Of a DNA stretch of 64,000 bases, positions 1-14,849 are shown piece by piece. The notes under the pieces were generated by a model. That model ran no database searches and was not told where the DNA came from. It was given only the letters and a program-made list of their open reading frames with translations. The stretch is from the human T2T-CHM13v2.0 reference genome, Homo sapiens: NCBI RefSeq assembly GCF_009914755.1, contig NC_060933.1; one strand, given 5' to 3'. Each line of letters starts with the position of its first letter. Position 1 is the stretch's first letter. The position numbers were made by a program, and so were the translations under genes.

Positions 1-154
1 GTCTGGCTTCATGGGATTTGAGCCCCTAACCTAGCATTTGCCCAACAAAAACAGGCCCTGATGGGGAGTGGGGATGTGAGGGCCTGTGTGTGGGGTGGGC
101 ATTGTGCTAATAAAATCAGACTTCCTATTGTTCTCCCTGCAAAGGAGATCTGAG

Positions 155-252
155 GTTTACCACTTCACAAGTGAAAACAGCTGAGGCTTAGGAGGCTTCG
201 TGATTTACATTTCAGAAGGGCAGTAAGTGGAGGAGCTGAGATTCTTCCAGGG
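155..252 (-). mobile_element. MIR SINE fragment
   Basis: Degenerate MIR core: ...ctgaggcttaggaggcttcgtgattt...agtaagtggaggagctgagattc. Confidence 0.55.
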
Positions 253-706
253 TGCCCAGCTATCCCAGAAAACGAATCAGCCATCAACGAAAGAATAAGA
301 ACTCTTGGTATTTGCCGGGCATCTTTCCCTGTAAAGTGATAGTTATCAATTGCCTACTGTGTATAGAATATTTGTGCACAGACCCTGAGCGGCGGGGCGG
401 AGAAGGGAAAGGAGGAGGAGGACAGGAGAGGAATGTGCCTCTAGGTATTGTCTGTTCCATGAGGTCCTGACCCTAGTTCTTTGGGATGGAGGCTGGTATA
501 TGTTTGTCAGGAAATGGAGCTCAAGGATATTCCTTGTATATGGGAAGGTATGTCTGCAGAAATATGCATTTCATATTTCTCATACATAGTCATTTTGGTC
601 AAAAGAACACTTTAGTGGCAGCGGGGTGTACCACACAGAACAGTCTAAAAGGAAACAGCAATCTGTTCCTCTAGTGGGGGCATGGAGCATCTCACTGCCT
701 CACTCA

Positions 707-1030
<324 letters not shown>

Positions 1031-2271
1031 CTATAAATAAAACAAAAGAGCACATTGAGCAGCCTTACAGGTGGTGCTTCTATCTAATTAAAGCCAGATT
1101 TTACGAAGACGTACAAGGCTTTTTATCAATCCAGGATTAGTCTGCCTGCTAAAGCTGAAATCTATAACATTTATCTTCTCTTTCAACATAAGTATTATTA
1201 TAATTGGGCACACATCCATGTGGCTTTCTGTGTGTGTGTGAGAAATTCTCCACTTCTCTACTTCTCAGCATTAGTAAAGGAGTCTCAATATAATTTTAGT
1301 TCAACAGGAGTTTAATCTATGCCAGCTATTTTCCAGGCCCTGTGCTAGCCCTGAGGATACAGCAAATAACAGGACATTTTCATACTCAGTCTTTCTCCTG
1401 AGCAACATTTGGTCTTCTCTACACAATCCTCAAAATCTCTTTTGAACCAGCTTACTATTTTACTGGTTCCCTCATTAATGAATTGACTAAATCTTTGACA
1501 CATGCTTATTTGATATTTGTATGGGTCATATTTTTAGCTGTTGGAAAGTTATATTTGACAGCCTTTCAAATGGTTTTCAGATCTAATAGTTATATGCAAT
1601 GTTTGCATATAGTATTTTTAGCATGAAAACATTGATGTTTTTATATAGTCAATTATGTCTATATTGTATTTTACAGCTTCTGAGTTTCCAATCTTTGTTA
1701 AGAAAGTTTCATACTACCCTAGGTCCTACATACAATCTCATAGATTTTCTTTAAGATTGTTGTTTGTTTCTCATCCTCTTTAATTTACATATTCTTAGTG
1801 TGTATAAGATAGTGATCATGCTTATTTTCTGCCTTATGGACACTTGTTTGTTCCGGCAGAATTTCAGAAATAATTCATCCCTGTTCCACTGAATTGAGCC
1901 ACATTCCTTGTTACTAACAACTTTGCACATAAACTGGGATCTTTCTGAGATCTTGACTGTTCTACTGACTTCTCTGTTCCTATCCACTACCATACTGATT
2001 CTAGTATAGAAGCTTTTAGTATGCTTTAATATCTGGTAAGTCAACATCTTACTAGGTTTTTAAATGGTTTTTGTTTGTTTGTTTGTTTTGCTTTGTTTGG
2101 CTGGTGAAAGGAATAAGCAATTCTTGGGCATTATTCACACATAGGAATTTCAGTTCCAGAGAAAAACCCCAGTAATTCTGATTTTACTTGGAATTTCCAT
2201 GGATTTATTTCTAATATACTATAAATGATTTTAGAAAAAGAATGTTACTGGAGCAGGACAGATAATCTAGG

Positions 2272-2433
2272 GTAGTGGCTCTCAAACCTAGCTAAACAGT
2301 CGAATCACCAGAAGGGCTCTTAAAATCCAGATACAGACCAATTAAAATCCCGATCTCTGGAGGTAGAGCCAGGTAATGGTATCTTTTGAATCTCCTCTGG
2401 TGACTCCAAGATAAAGCCAAGTTTAAGAACCAC
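2272..2433. mobile_element. MER5-type hAT-Charlie DNA transposon fossil
   Basis: agtggctctcaaac...gaatcacc...gtttaagaaccac termini typical of MER5A/B. Confidence 0.65.
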
Positions 2434-4324
2434 ACTGATCCAGTGGTAAAACAATTTTCAAAACAGAATCACATTTTTAAAAAATTCTGTCCCAACATAC
2501 TTTAGAAATGGATATAATTCAGTTATCATTTTATAATAATCTTTAATACACATTCTAACTGTATACATCAATCAGAACATTTCTTCTTGACTGTTTTTGT
2601 AATTCTGCCAAATGGGAAACAGTTTTCATGACAAGAAAACATTTGCAGAAGAAAATTTAAAAAAGAAAACATTTGCTGTAACAAACTAAATACCAAAAGC
2701 TTACAAGTAATTGGCACTGATCCATAGTACACATGTAATCACTGGACTATTACATATTTTTTATCTTTTTATCAGCTGTATATTTCTTGACCTCATCATT
2801 TAGGTGGGTAGCTGCCTGCTACAACAGAGAGGCAGGGCTTCTTGCCACAGAGGAGTGCTTGTTAGTTGACTGAATGAATTCTGGCAACTGATTTTCCCAA
2901 CAAAATACATTTTTAAATGTTTTCCTTTTATATATTGGAACAACTATTTTCCTGTTTTTATACAGAACACATAGAATTGTAGTAATTCTTAAAATGGAAT
3001 TCCCATAATTAACATTATATATCCATATGCACAATTTGGAATGAATTGTCTTTTTGTTTTTGTGTGAAACTTACACATTTTAATAACCTCATTCAATGTA
3101 ATTAGTAAATAGTTTTCTTGAGGATGATATCCAGAACCCAGAGATACCAGCTTAATTGTGGTTCTCCTTATTGGCTATACTCAATAATTCCATCAGTGAA
3201 CCCATCAGTAATTCAGAATAACATGGAATGTATATGAAAACCTGTGTCTGTTGTCCTCAAATAGTCTTGTCTCTTTGTGTCATAAGGCCCAACTCACTCT
3301 TCCTCACTTCAATGACAGTGTCTTTGTAAATAGCCCCATAGAAGTTAGGGTGAGGAGGAGGGATTCTTCTGAACACCAAGGACTGGCAGATAAAAGGTAG
3401 CTTAATATTCAGAACGTGTTAGGTCAGGCTTCTTGACACGGATGCCCATTGGCCAAACCCATCTTTGTATCTGTATCTGAGTAACGCATCTCCAACAAAG
3501 CCAACTTCAATAACCAGGTCTTTTTTCTTTTTCCTGTTGAGCAGCACTTAAATGTCAGTTTCTCCATGGACAGAAACTTTAGGTAGAGGGCTGTTCCATT
3601 TATCTCCTTCCTCTTTTCATTTCTTTTTCATCTTGTCAAAGGAAACTGCACTCTGTGGAGCCTTGTTATCACTCTTCCCTTTGGTGTTTCCTTTTTCATG
3701 TATCTTGATGGTATTTTTCATTTTTATGATCTCAGCAGGGTGCTGTTCATAGTAAAACTTAGACTTCAAACCCATCTTTTTTTTTTTTTTTCTCCTTTAC
3801 CTTCTTGGAAAGTTCATGGGCTTCACAGCTGTTTTTCCCTTTTTCTCATGCTAACCTAAGTGATGTATTCATTGTGTGGTCTGGTGACACACAGTCAGAG
3901 ATATTTTCAGGTTTTGGTCCTGCAACCCATGAGCCAACTCCTCCAGCACATAACAGGAAAGAAAACATGTTCCCAACAATACAAATAAATATTCCCATGA
4001 TGTGCTGCTGAGATACACTGACAACTAAACATGAGCTTTCCCTTTAACCCCAACTTGGATATTTCAAACTTTAAACATTGAAAGAAGTTTATTAACTGAT
4101 TTGGAAGTATTTCCAGTTGATTAGGGAATAGATCATTAGGGATTGCCATTGCAAAATGATTGGTCTCCTGTGGATAACAACACCAAAAACACGTGAGACA
4201 TATGAATTCTGATTTCCATGTAAAAATAGAAAGTTATTTTATTTCATATAAAAATGAAACAACGATGTCCCATGAGGCATATTTACTTTATAACTTTTTA
4301 TGCATAATAAAAATTACTATATTA

Positions 4325-4896
<572 letters not shown>

Positions 4897-4898
4897 TT

Positions 4899-5549
<651 letters not shown>

Positions 5550-5754
5550 TTAAAGCATTTATAATTAATAGGTCTAGTACTAACTGTCACAAATCCATTC
5601 CCATTATCTTATATTTGCATGCTTGCTTATTCCAAATGAAGTGTTCTATCATAATGACAGCTGTTAATACCTTTATTTCTGGCACCACACAGTTTTGAAC
5701 AAACTTAAAAGGAAGAAGTCAACACACATTTTCTGCCACATTGAAATTTTCAGC

Positions 5755-5962
5755 CATGTAGTAAATTTACCCTTTGTGGGTCATATGATCTCTTTTGCAG
5801 CACTCAACTCTGACACGAAGTACCAATGTGGCCACGGACAATACATAAAGAAAGAGAACATGTTCCAATAAAACCTTCTCTTTTGAACAAAAACAGGCTT
5901 TGTATTTTTTTAATTAAAAAATGTCCAAACTTGGCCTGATGCCCATAGTTTGCCAACCTCTG
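5755..5962. mobile_element. MER58-type hAT-Charlie fossil
   Basis: tagtaaat...actcaactctg...gttccaataaaac...ggcctgatgcccatagtttgccaacctctg. Confidence 0.65.
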
Positions 5963-6702
5963 CATTAGATATTATCTTTTGCTATTACATGGTTAAATTA
6001 AAGTAATAAAACTGAATAATCCGGTATAGGACTAGGATCTTCAGTTTAATATTATATGCCAAAGCCACTTACGCCAGTAAATATCACAGTTTTTCTGGTT
6101 TGTTATGATCCTTCATACACTTTAAGGTGTCCTGTAAAGGACTGAAAGAATAGATGCTATTTAACAGTGTAGCTTAGATACATATGGGCAATGGGTTGCA
6201 AAAAGCATTAATGACTTAAAAAATATCAGGATATTATTTATATGTGAGCATCTGACTTTTCTTGTTATTTAATAAATCTATTGGTGTATATCTTGTTAAC
6301 TTCTCAAAGTGATCCTAAATAATGCTATGTTGGTTAGGATTGCACCAAGACAAGAAAAAAAATCCCCCAGGAATCTGCATAGTCAAACAACAAGTGTAAT
6401 ATACCAGATGAAATTTCAAATGAAATATATTCAAATGAGTACATTTAATAACAATGCTTGCTACTTTGGTATTTCTGCATTTGTGGATTTCCTAAACCTA
6501 ACACTGACTGTTTACTTCTTTCCAAGGTGGAAAAGATGATCTATTATAATAAACTGACCTATTAGAAGGCATAAACAGTTTCATAGTACCGGGACAGACA
6601 TACCATACCTATTACTATTAGTCAACTTAGTTATGAATTACTATAAAATGGCATTTCTCTATGCAGCTACCTTATTTTTCAGGTTATATTTAATTTAAAC
6701 TA

Positions 6703-6903
<201 letters not shown>

Positions 6904-7527
6904 TTAAAGGAGAAGGAAAAAAACAGTTATTTCTGTTCAAAATCACAGCTTCCCTTTTTTAGTTGAGCATCACAGTTTGCATCCAACTTTCCATCTTACA
7001 GAGTTGTTTTCTCACTTTCTCCCTATCTTGAACACAATAACCTTACCCTGTTTTTATTTTTTTTAAGTTCAATTCTACACTTTGTTGAAATTTTTCTTAG
7101 TATTTTTTCTATTACTCATGACATTTGGATTTACAATGCAAATATTTTCTTTCTTAGAACCTCATTATCAGCATTATCTCATAATTTTATAATGATGTAT
7201 TGTCTTTATGATATGGATAATCATATATTACATATATATTATACACACATATGGTGATCTTGCACAGTTTGTCAAAATATATGCTGTTTACAGAAATCAT
7301 ACTTAGGATATGTATGTATTGCATGCATCTGGTAGTAATGCTCTTAAATTTTCATTTACATTTGTTCATTGCAGTTCTACTTTGCACTTACTGTCCCAGA
7401 GTAACTATCACTTGTGTATTTTTTATTTCTTAAAGGTGTTCTGGTTTAGATGATGAATTATATGGTCATTTTATCTAACTGTGAAAAGACTGAGTACCAA
7501 CAAATGTAAACAGATTTTTTTTAACTA

Positions 7528-7788
<261 letters not shown>

Positions 7789-8348
7789 CTAAATATAAAT
7801 ATGTCATACAGTAGCACATTGAAAATGTGTGCATCAATATGCCACACCACACACACATAGACACACATTGTATTTCTAAGCCATTCATTGAAGGAAACAA
7901 CTGACAATAATATATTTTCTGGTGGCATCATGAGTTGATATATGTAATACCCACCGTTAGAATTTTCTAACATTTTCTCAAACTTCATCATCTAGAAATG
8001 CTTTTATTAATCTACTCCCAATGGCTCTTATCTTTAGAGCAGCCCATTTCTTCTCATTCTGTTTGATTAAAAACAATCAGGAAAGAAGCTGTATTTCACT
8101 ACATAAATTATTTATTTTAAGGTCATTCTTATATTAAATATCAGTGTCACTCAATTTAAATACCTTTGTTCATTCCCAGTAGCTTTGGCTTCTCTTGATT
8201 CTTACACATGTACCTACTTTACTAAAGATTTTGTCTGTAAAGATACAGAAACACATATCATACTTATTAAATACTGCTTTAGACATGTAATAAATGTATT
8301 TTAAATGAGCTGACATGTAATATTTTTCTCAACCCTCGGCTAATGGTA

Positions 8349-8682
8349 CTGCTAATGGGCACTGCAATGTGTCAACTTGGCTAGGCCATGGTAAACAGCT
8401 TTTGGTCAAACACTAGTCTTGATGTTGCAGTGCAGGTATTTTTTAGAGGTAATCAATATTAAATCAGTAAACATTGAGTAAAGCAGGTTAAACTCTATAA
8501 CGTGGGTGAGCCTCATCCAATCAGTTGAAGGCTGTAAGAGAAAGAAAGAAAACTGAAGTTCTCTAGGAAAGAAGGAATTTTGCCTCCAGACAACCTCTGG
8601 ACTCCAGCTGCAATATCACCTCTTACCTAGGACTTGCCAGTCCTTACAATCAGGTAAGCCAATTCCTTAAAACTCTCTCTCT

Positions 8683-8755
<73 letters not shown>

Positions 8756-8803
8756 CACACAGACATCCTATTGGTTCTGTTTCTCTGGAGAGCCCTGTCT
8801 GAC
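8349..8803 (+). mobile_element. MLT2-type (ERVL) solo LTR
   Basis: tgtgtcaacttggctagg...ccaatcagttgaaggc...tcctattggttctgtttctctggagagccctg. Confidence 0.85.
8673..8752. repeat. Compound microsatellite (CT)7(AC)33
   Basis: Direct reading; perfect AC run 8687-8752. Confidence 0.97.
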
Positions 8804-10358
8804 AAAGGCACAGAGGTTTTGTTTTCTTGGATGCTTTGTTGAGAGAGCATGGCCTTAACACCTCTGTTTTGGTTCTTCCTGCTGTAGCTTGTCAGAACTC
8901 CAATGCTGCCACACTCTCTCAGCACTCTGTCAGGGTCTTATAAATTCACTATAAATGTCACATATGTTCAGCTCATCAAAAAACAAGTTGTTTCATTTTA
9001 TCAGTAATATAAAATAATATTTGATAATATTTGTCAAAATCACATGAAGAAATTAATATTACCCAGAAAATCTCTTCTTTTTAAAAGTAAAAAGAAAAAT
9101 AAGCAATTGTCCTTTGAAAAATATATTTATTTAATAAATGAAGATGCATGAAAACCTAGTGAAATATGAAACTATTTGAAGCTGACTAGCTGATGTCATT
9201 CAAGCCAATAAGATGGCATTGTTTAATTATATTTAATTTCACAAAAATATTACTAGTACTTTTTGCATGGCTATCCATTTCATTCACATTATCTGAAATA
9301 CATATAATAAACTGCACTTCAAAAGTTCTCCATTTTATGTATCATTTTAAAATTTAGAAGTTTGATTTTCTCACATTGGGTTAATGTACTTACAAGGAAT
9401 TAATGTATCAAGTGCATGATGAATAAACACATTCTGAGTAAAATATGTGTAAATTAAACAATTATTCCTTGTTACATAACTTATTATATGTTCATGATAA
9501 AAACAAAACTCTCTGTCAAATGTAAATGAAGACATCTAAGATTATTATTACCTGGCCATGAACTAAGGGAAACCTGAAAAAGATTGACTACAGACTTTCA
9601 CATTTTTAGCACTGCCCTAATACTTATAATCATGTCTTTATTTGTTGCTTAAAGAAAATGCTAATATTTGAGCTATTTTTTTTTTTTAGTTGACTAACAA
9701 AAAAAGTTTTCTTCCCGAAAAGGTTTTTTCTGGATTATTGCAACCTATACATTTCTTTTTCTCATTCTATGTTTACTATTACTCTCCAACAGCAGTATTG
9801 ATCTTCTAAGGCATGTGAAGTACAGTTCCTGGAATGTTTCCCTCAGGCAAATAGAATAGTAAAACACTTATCAAGTAAAAGAGACATAAAGCAATGACCT
9901 TGAAACTCTTTTGTTCTTTAGCTAATACCTTGATTTTTTCTTTACTGTAATCGCTAGTGCTTGTATCTAGAAATTTAAGAATATACTTATAGCTCATTAT
10001 GCATATTTTAAAATAAAAGCAGATTAATGAATTGCAAATCCAAACTTTCTAAAAATCATAAAACATTCTATGATTTATGAAGTCAATACATAAAAATATG
10101 AAACAAAAAATGATGTTTGGGATGGAAAGCATTGAGTTCAATAAGTCAACAGTAACGAGCCCACCAAGATCAGCACTGGAGAGGGACAACTCCCATGTAG
10201 TCCCTCTTGAATAAGATCCTCCCACTGGAGAAGCAAAATTTCAAGTCTTGGTCCTTAGAAGTAATGCTAAAAGGTAAACTCTCTTCCCACTTGTCCACAA
10301 AAGTCATACTTTTAGCATTTTAAAACACTTGCAAGAGCAAAGAAAAGTTCTCCCAGCT

Positions 10359-10614
10359 GGTCAGGTGCAGTGGCTCATGCTTGTAATCCCAGCCCTTAGG
10401 GAGGCTGATGCGGGCAGATCACTTGGGCCCAAGAGTTCGAGACCAGGCTGGGCAGCATGGCAAGACTGGTCGCACTTGCTTATATTCCCAGCTACTTGGA
10501 AGGGGGAGGTGGGAGGATCGCTTGAGCTTGGGAGATGGAGGCTGCAGTGAGCAGTGCTTGTGTCACTGCACCCCAGCCTGGGCAACACAGCAAGACCCCA
10601 TTTCAAGAAAAAAA
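10359..10614 (+). mobile_element. AluJ-type element lacking the central A-rich linker
   Basis: Left arm runs into the right arm (ggcaagact|ggtcgcac); J-type ggtgggaggatcgcttgagc. Confidence 0.88.
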
Positions 10615-11069
10615 CAGTTCTACCTAGCCATAATCAATGCAAATATTCCCCTACAATATATATTTGAATAATACACTAAAATAAAATAATTCCAGTAACA
10701 CATTTAATATAATCTTTTCTCAGAAACCTGTTGGAAAAAATCCTTTGTATGAAATTCAATTATATAAATAGGAAATGTAGTGGGATACTGGAAAATTAAT
10801 GTCACTTATTATGTTTACGATAAAATCCAACGTTCCTCAAAGTTTTCAGAATGAAAGCCTTGCTATCCAAAATGAATAAAGAAAACTTAGCTTGTGGTTT
10901 AAAGCAGGAAGTGCTTTTCTAATTTTACATGAATTTAGTTTATAATTATTAGCTTTATTAATTAAGATTATAGTTTTGATTGCTGAATCTCAATCAGTAT
11001 TAGCAATGTGGACCCCTGACACGTTAGTCTGTCACCATTAGATCAGGAGCTACATTTTCTAGTACACTA

Positions 11070-11279
11070 GAGTATATACTGCGTGGGCTTGAATCCTGGC
11101 TCCATCCTGGATAAGTTACATAGCCTCTCTCTGCCTCAGTCTACTCATAAGTGAAGTGAGAATACATACACTCCTCTCTCACAAGGTCGTTGCGAGGGTT
11201 AAATGAGTTAGTATTTGTACTTTTACAACAGTGCTGGGCACATGGGGTACCTTCAGTGAACGACGGCTTCATTATTATT
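11070..11279 (+). mobile_element. MIR SINE
   Basis: ttgaatcctggctcc...ctctctgcctcagt...gagggttaaatgagttag...cagtgctgggcacat. Confidence 0.8.
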
Positions 11280-12082
11280 GTCAGGGCACTGGGCAGAAAA
11301 AGAGGTGGAAATGAGTTTAAAATAGCACATAGGGGATATATAGGAAAGTAGACAGCTTAAAATGATAGCGGATTTAATTTTTGAAGGACCTAGGAAATCT
11401 TCAGTTTCCACCAGGAAAAAGAGATTTACAACCATTCATCCACACTTACACAGCTCCTTCTCTGCCAGCCAGCTTGTTCCTGGGCTGACTCACTTCAATC
11501 ACTGGTAACCTAAATCTTACTCAGAAGTATTAATATATCTATCTCATTTTCTTGTGTTAGAGGACCACTAGAGTTTTTAAATGATACTTGAAGATTATTG
11601 GTGCAATTATAATGTTTTTGTCACACTTCCTCAAAGAATATCGGAAAAGCTAAGGACAGATGTGTTCACAAAGTTCCCAAATACGAATTCTTGTAGATAA
11701 AGAACTTTGTCATACAAGGAAGAACTGTGTCAGAAGTAATTTTGCTAAAATGTGTTATGTCCTCATTCATACAGCTAATATTCACTGAAAGCCTTCCATA
11801 TGCTAGGTGAAAGATAAAAATGCAGAAGACAATGAATTACTTTTAAGGATCCCACAGTATGGAAAAAAGGTCATATAATCCTGAAATACGATTGTTTCTG
11901 CCACATTCACAGTGATGCTTCTGTAAACAGGCATCTGGTCCAGAATGACTTCTAAGAAAGGATAAGGAAGGAGTCTACCTGCTTTAGACTCCTGCAAAGT
12001 ATGACGTCTCTGAAAAGCTAAGACATAAGTAATTTTGAGTTGCTATTTCCTTTATTTCCTTAAGCCATATTTTACCTTCACA

Positions 12083-12381
12083 TTTTACTTTTATTAGAAA
12101 CAGAGACTCACTCCGTTGCCCATGCTGTAGTGCAGTGGTATCTTCACAGCTCACTGCAGCCTTGAACTCCTGGGCTAGAGTGATCCTCCAGCCTCAGCCT
12201 CCCAAGTAGCTGGGATTATAGGCATGCACTACAATGCCTGGCTAATTTTTTACTTTTTTTCTAGAGATGGGGGGTCTCACTATGATGCCAAGGCTGGTCT
12301 TGAATTCCTGGGCTCAAGCAATCTGCCCGCCTCAGCTTCACAAAGTGCTGAGATTACAGGCATAAGCCACCCCGCCTGGCC
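12083..12381 (-). mobile_element. AluJ-type element
   Basis: Reverse-complement Alu; degenerate TSD tacYttcacatttt. Confidence 0.93.
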
Positions 12382-12855
12382 TACTTTCACATTTTTCACA
12401 CCCAGAATGTACTCTTAACTCTGGCTTCTCATTACTACTTTTCTGCTTCTCACTGTCATTCTAAGCACAGGCATGTCTCATCCCCATCCTACCTTGTACT
12501 GCCTTTTCAGAGGAAACATCAACATTGCTTGAAAACAGCAAGATTCCATAGGGTGCAAACACTGATGTCTTACAGAAGAAAAAAAAAAACACGATTCCAC
12601 AGAAATTTTCTTAAAGTGTTCTATCAACCACCTTCACTCAGATTGACTAGGAGTGATCACTTGGAGACTTTAGAACGTGAGCCTCAACCAGACCAGGAAT
12701 CAGGATTTCTGTGGTTGAGACCCAGGGGTTTGCATATTTAATAAGCTAACTAGGTAGCTGTGATGACACGAAGGCTTCAGGATGATTTATCAGGGATAAT
12801 GGGCAGATTACAGAGGTTTACTCTCTAAATAAATTGAATGTTAATTCCAATATGG

Positions 12856-13156
12856 GGTGAGGCACAGTGGCTCACACTGTAATCCTAGCACTTTAGGAGG
12901 CAAAGGCAGGTGGATCATTTGAGGTCAGGAGTTCAAGACCAGCCTGGGCAACATGGTAAAATTTCTACTAAAAATACCAAAAAATCAGCTGGGTGTAGTG
13001 GTGCATGCCTGTGATCTCAGCTACTCAGGAGGCTGAGGTGGGAGAATAGCTTGAACCCAGGAGGCAGAGGTTGCAGTGAGCCAGGATTGCTCCACTGCAC
13101 TCCAGCCTGGGCAACAGAGAGAGACTCTCTCTCAAAAAAACAACAACAAAACCCAC
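12856..13156 (+). mobile_element. Alu (J/old S) with 13-bp TSD
   Basis: TSD aattccaatatgg at 12843-12855 and 13157-13169. Confidence 0.94.
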
Positions 13157-13184
13157 AATTCCAATATGGAAACATGAATATCAT

Positions 13185-13915
13185 TTTCATAGAGTTATAA
13201 TTTATATTCAATAAATTTAAGGTTATAGTTCAATGAGTTTTAATAAATATATATACCTACCTTATTGCCAAAAAATCAAGGTGTAGGCAATTTCATATCA
13301 ACTCACTAATTGCCATTTGCATCAAACCCCCAACACTGTCACCCAGACCCAGACCCAGGAAACCAATGATCTACATTCCGTAACTACAGATTAGTTTTGT
13401 CAGTTCCAAAATTTCATAAAATTGTATCGTGTATGTGTTCTTTTGTGTCTGCGTTCCTTCTTAAGTGTAACGTTTTTGAAATACACGCATGCTGTTGCAT
13501 ATATCAACAGTCTGTTCTTTCTTATTGCTTGGGGTATTCAACTGTTTGACAACTTGTTTATCCATTTACCTGCTGATAGACATTTGAACTGTTTCCAGGT
13601 TTAAACTATTATAAATAAAGCTGCTAGGCACATTCACACATACATCTTTATGTTGACATATGCATTCATTTCTGCTGGGTAAATACATGGGAGTGGAATT
13701 GCTGAGCTATATATTAAGTGTATATTTAGCTTAGAAGAATGCCAAATTGTTTTCCAAAGTGATAGTATCATTTTCACATTTCCCACCAGCAATGTATAAG
13801 AATTCCATATCTTTGCCAAACACTTGGTGTTTCCACCCTTTTTAATTTTAGCCTTTCTGCTAGGTGTATAGTGGTTTCTCATTGTGATTTTATTTCTCTA
13901 AAGACTAGTGATGAT
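13185..13915 (-). mobile_element. Old L1M 3' end fragment
   Basis: ORF 13634..13882 resembles the L1 ORF2 C-terminus (MRNHYTPSRKAKIKK...); L1M 3'UTR-like sequence follows. Confidence 0.8.
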
Positions 13916-14363
13916 TCATTTTAATATAATAATAAGTTAGAATAGATGTATTGGGATTCTGTAGATCAATTCGGGGAGGATGATAAGAATATTGAATCCT
14001 GCAATCGATGAATACACAAAGCTTTCCTAGGAAATATTTGCCTTTATTCACTCACATATTTTCTTTCCTTCTGGGCATAATAAGAGGAACTTAGGGAAAA
14101 CAGGCCTTGGTTCTGCATTCTCAGTAAAGGCCTTGATCTCTCTCTTTAATTTTCATGCATGATCTTTCCTCTCTATTTCTTTTCTTTCCTCTCTCTTTTC
14201 TCCTTCTCCCATTTCCTGGTAAAGATAGTTGATTGCACAGAGTCTGGAATCCTCTGTGAGTAGGTTCACATTCCAATTCTTCAACTTACTTATTTCTGAT
14301 GGACAGGGATTTACTTTTTCATCTTATTTTGAGTTTCTATTTATTTTACTTTTTTATGACAAA

Positions 14364-14647
14364 TTTTTTTTTTTTTTGAGACAGGGTCTCACTCTGCCAC
14401 GCAGGCTGGAGTGCAGTGGCATGATCTTGGCTCACTGCAGCCTTGACCTCACTGGGATCAAGCAATCCTCACACCTCAGCCCACTGAGTAGCTGGGACCA
14501 CAGGCACACACCACCATGTCCAGATAATTTTTGTATTTTTTGTAGAGATGGAGTTTTGCTGTGTTGCCCAGGCTGGGCAATCAAGTAATCTGCCTGCCTT
14601 GGCCTCCTAAAGTCCTGGGATTACAGGCATGAGCCACTGTGACCAGC
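14364..14647 (-). mobile_element. AluJ-type element
   Basis: Poly(T) followed by reverse-complement Alu. Confidence 0.93.
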
Positions 14648-14849
14648 TTTATTTATTTTTAAAAAAATTTGTTGAAATTTAATTAGCACTTCAGTGTTTT
14701 ACAGAAAAATAATTTTCCAAAATATTAAGTAGATTGTATTATAAACACATTATTATATGAAAAAATTATATACACTTTGTTTTCTTCAACACATTTCCCA
14801 TGGCATTAAAAGAAATGCAGTTAGTTATATTTTCAGTTATGACAAGCAA

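Noticed and set aside
388-425. GC box (ggcggggcgg) as an internal promoter
   Set aside because: Isolated motif with no CpG island or other promoter features.
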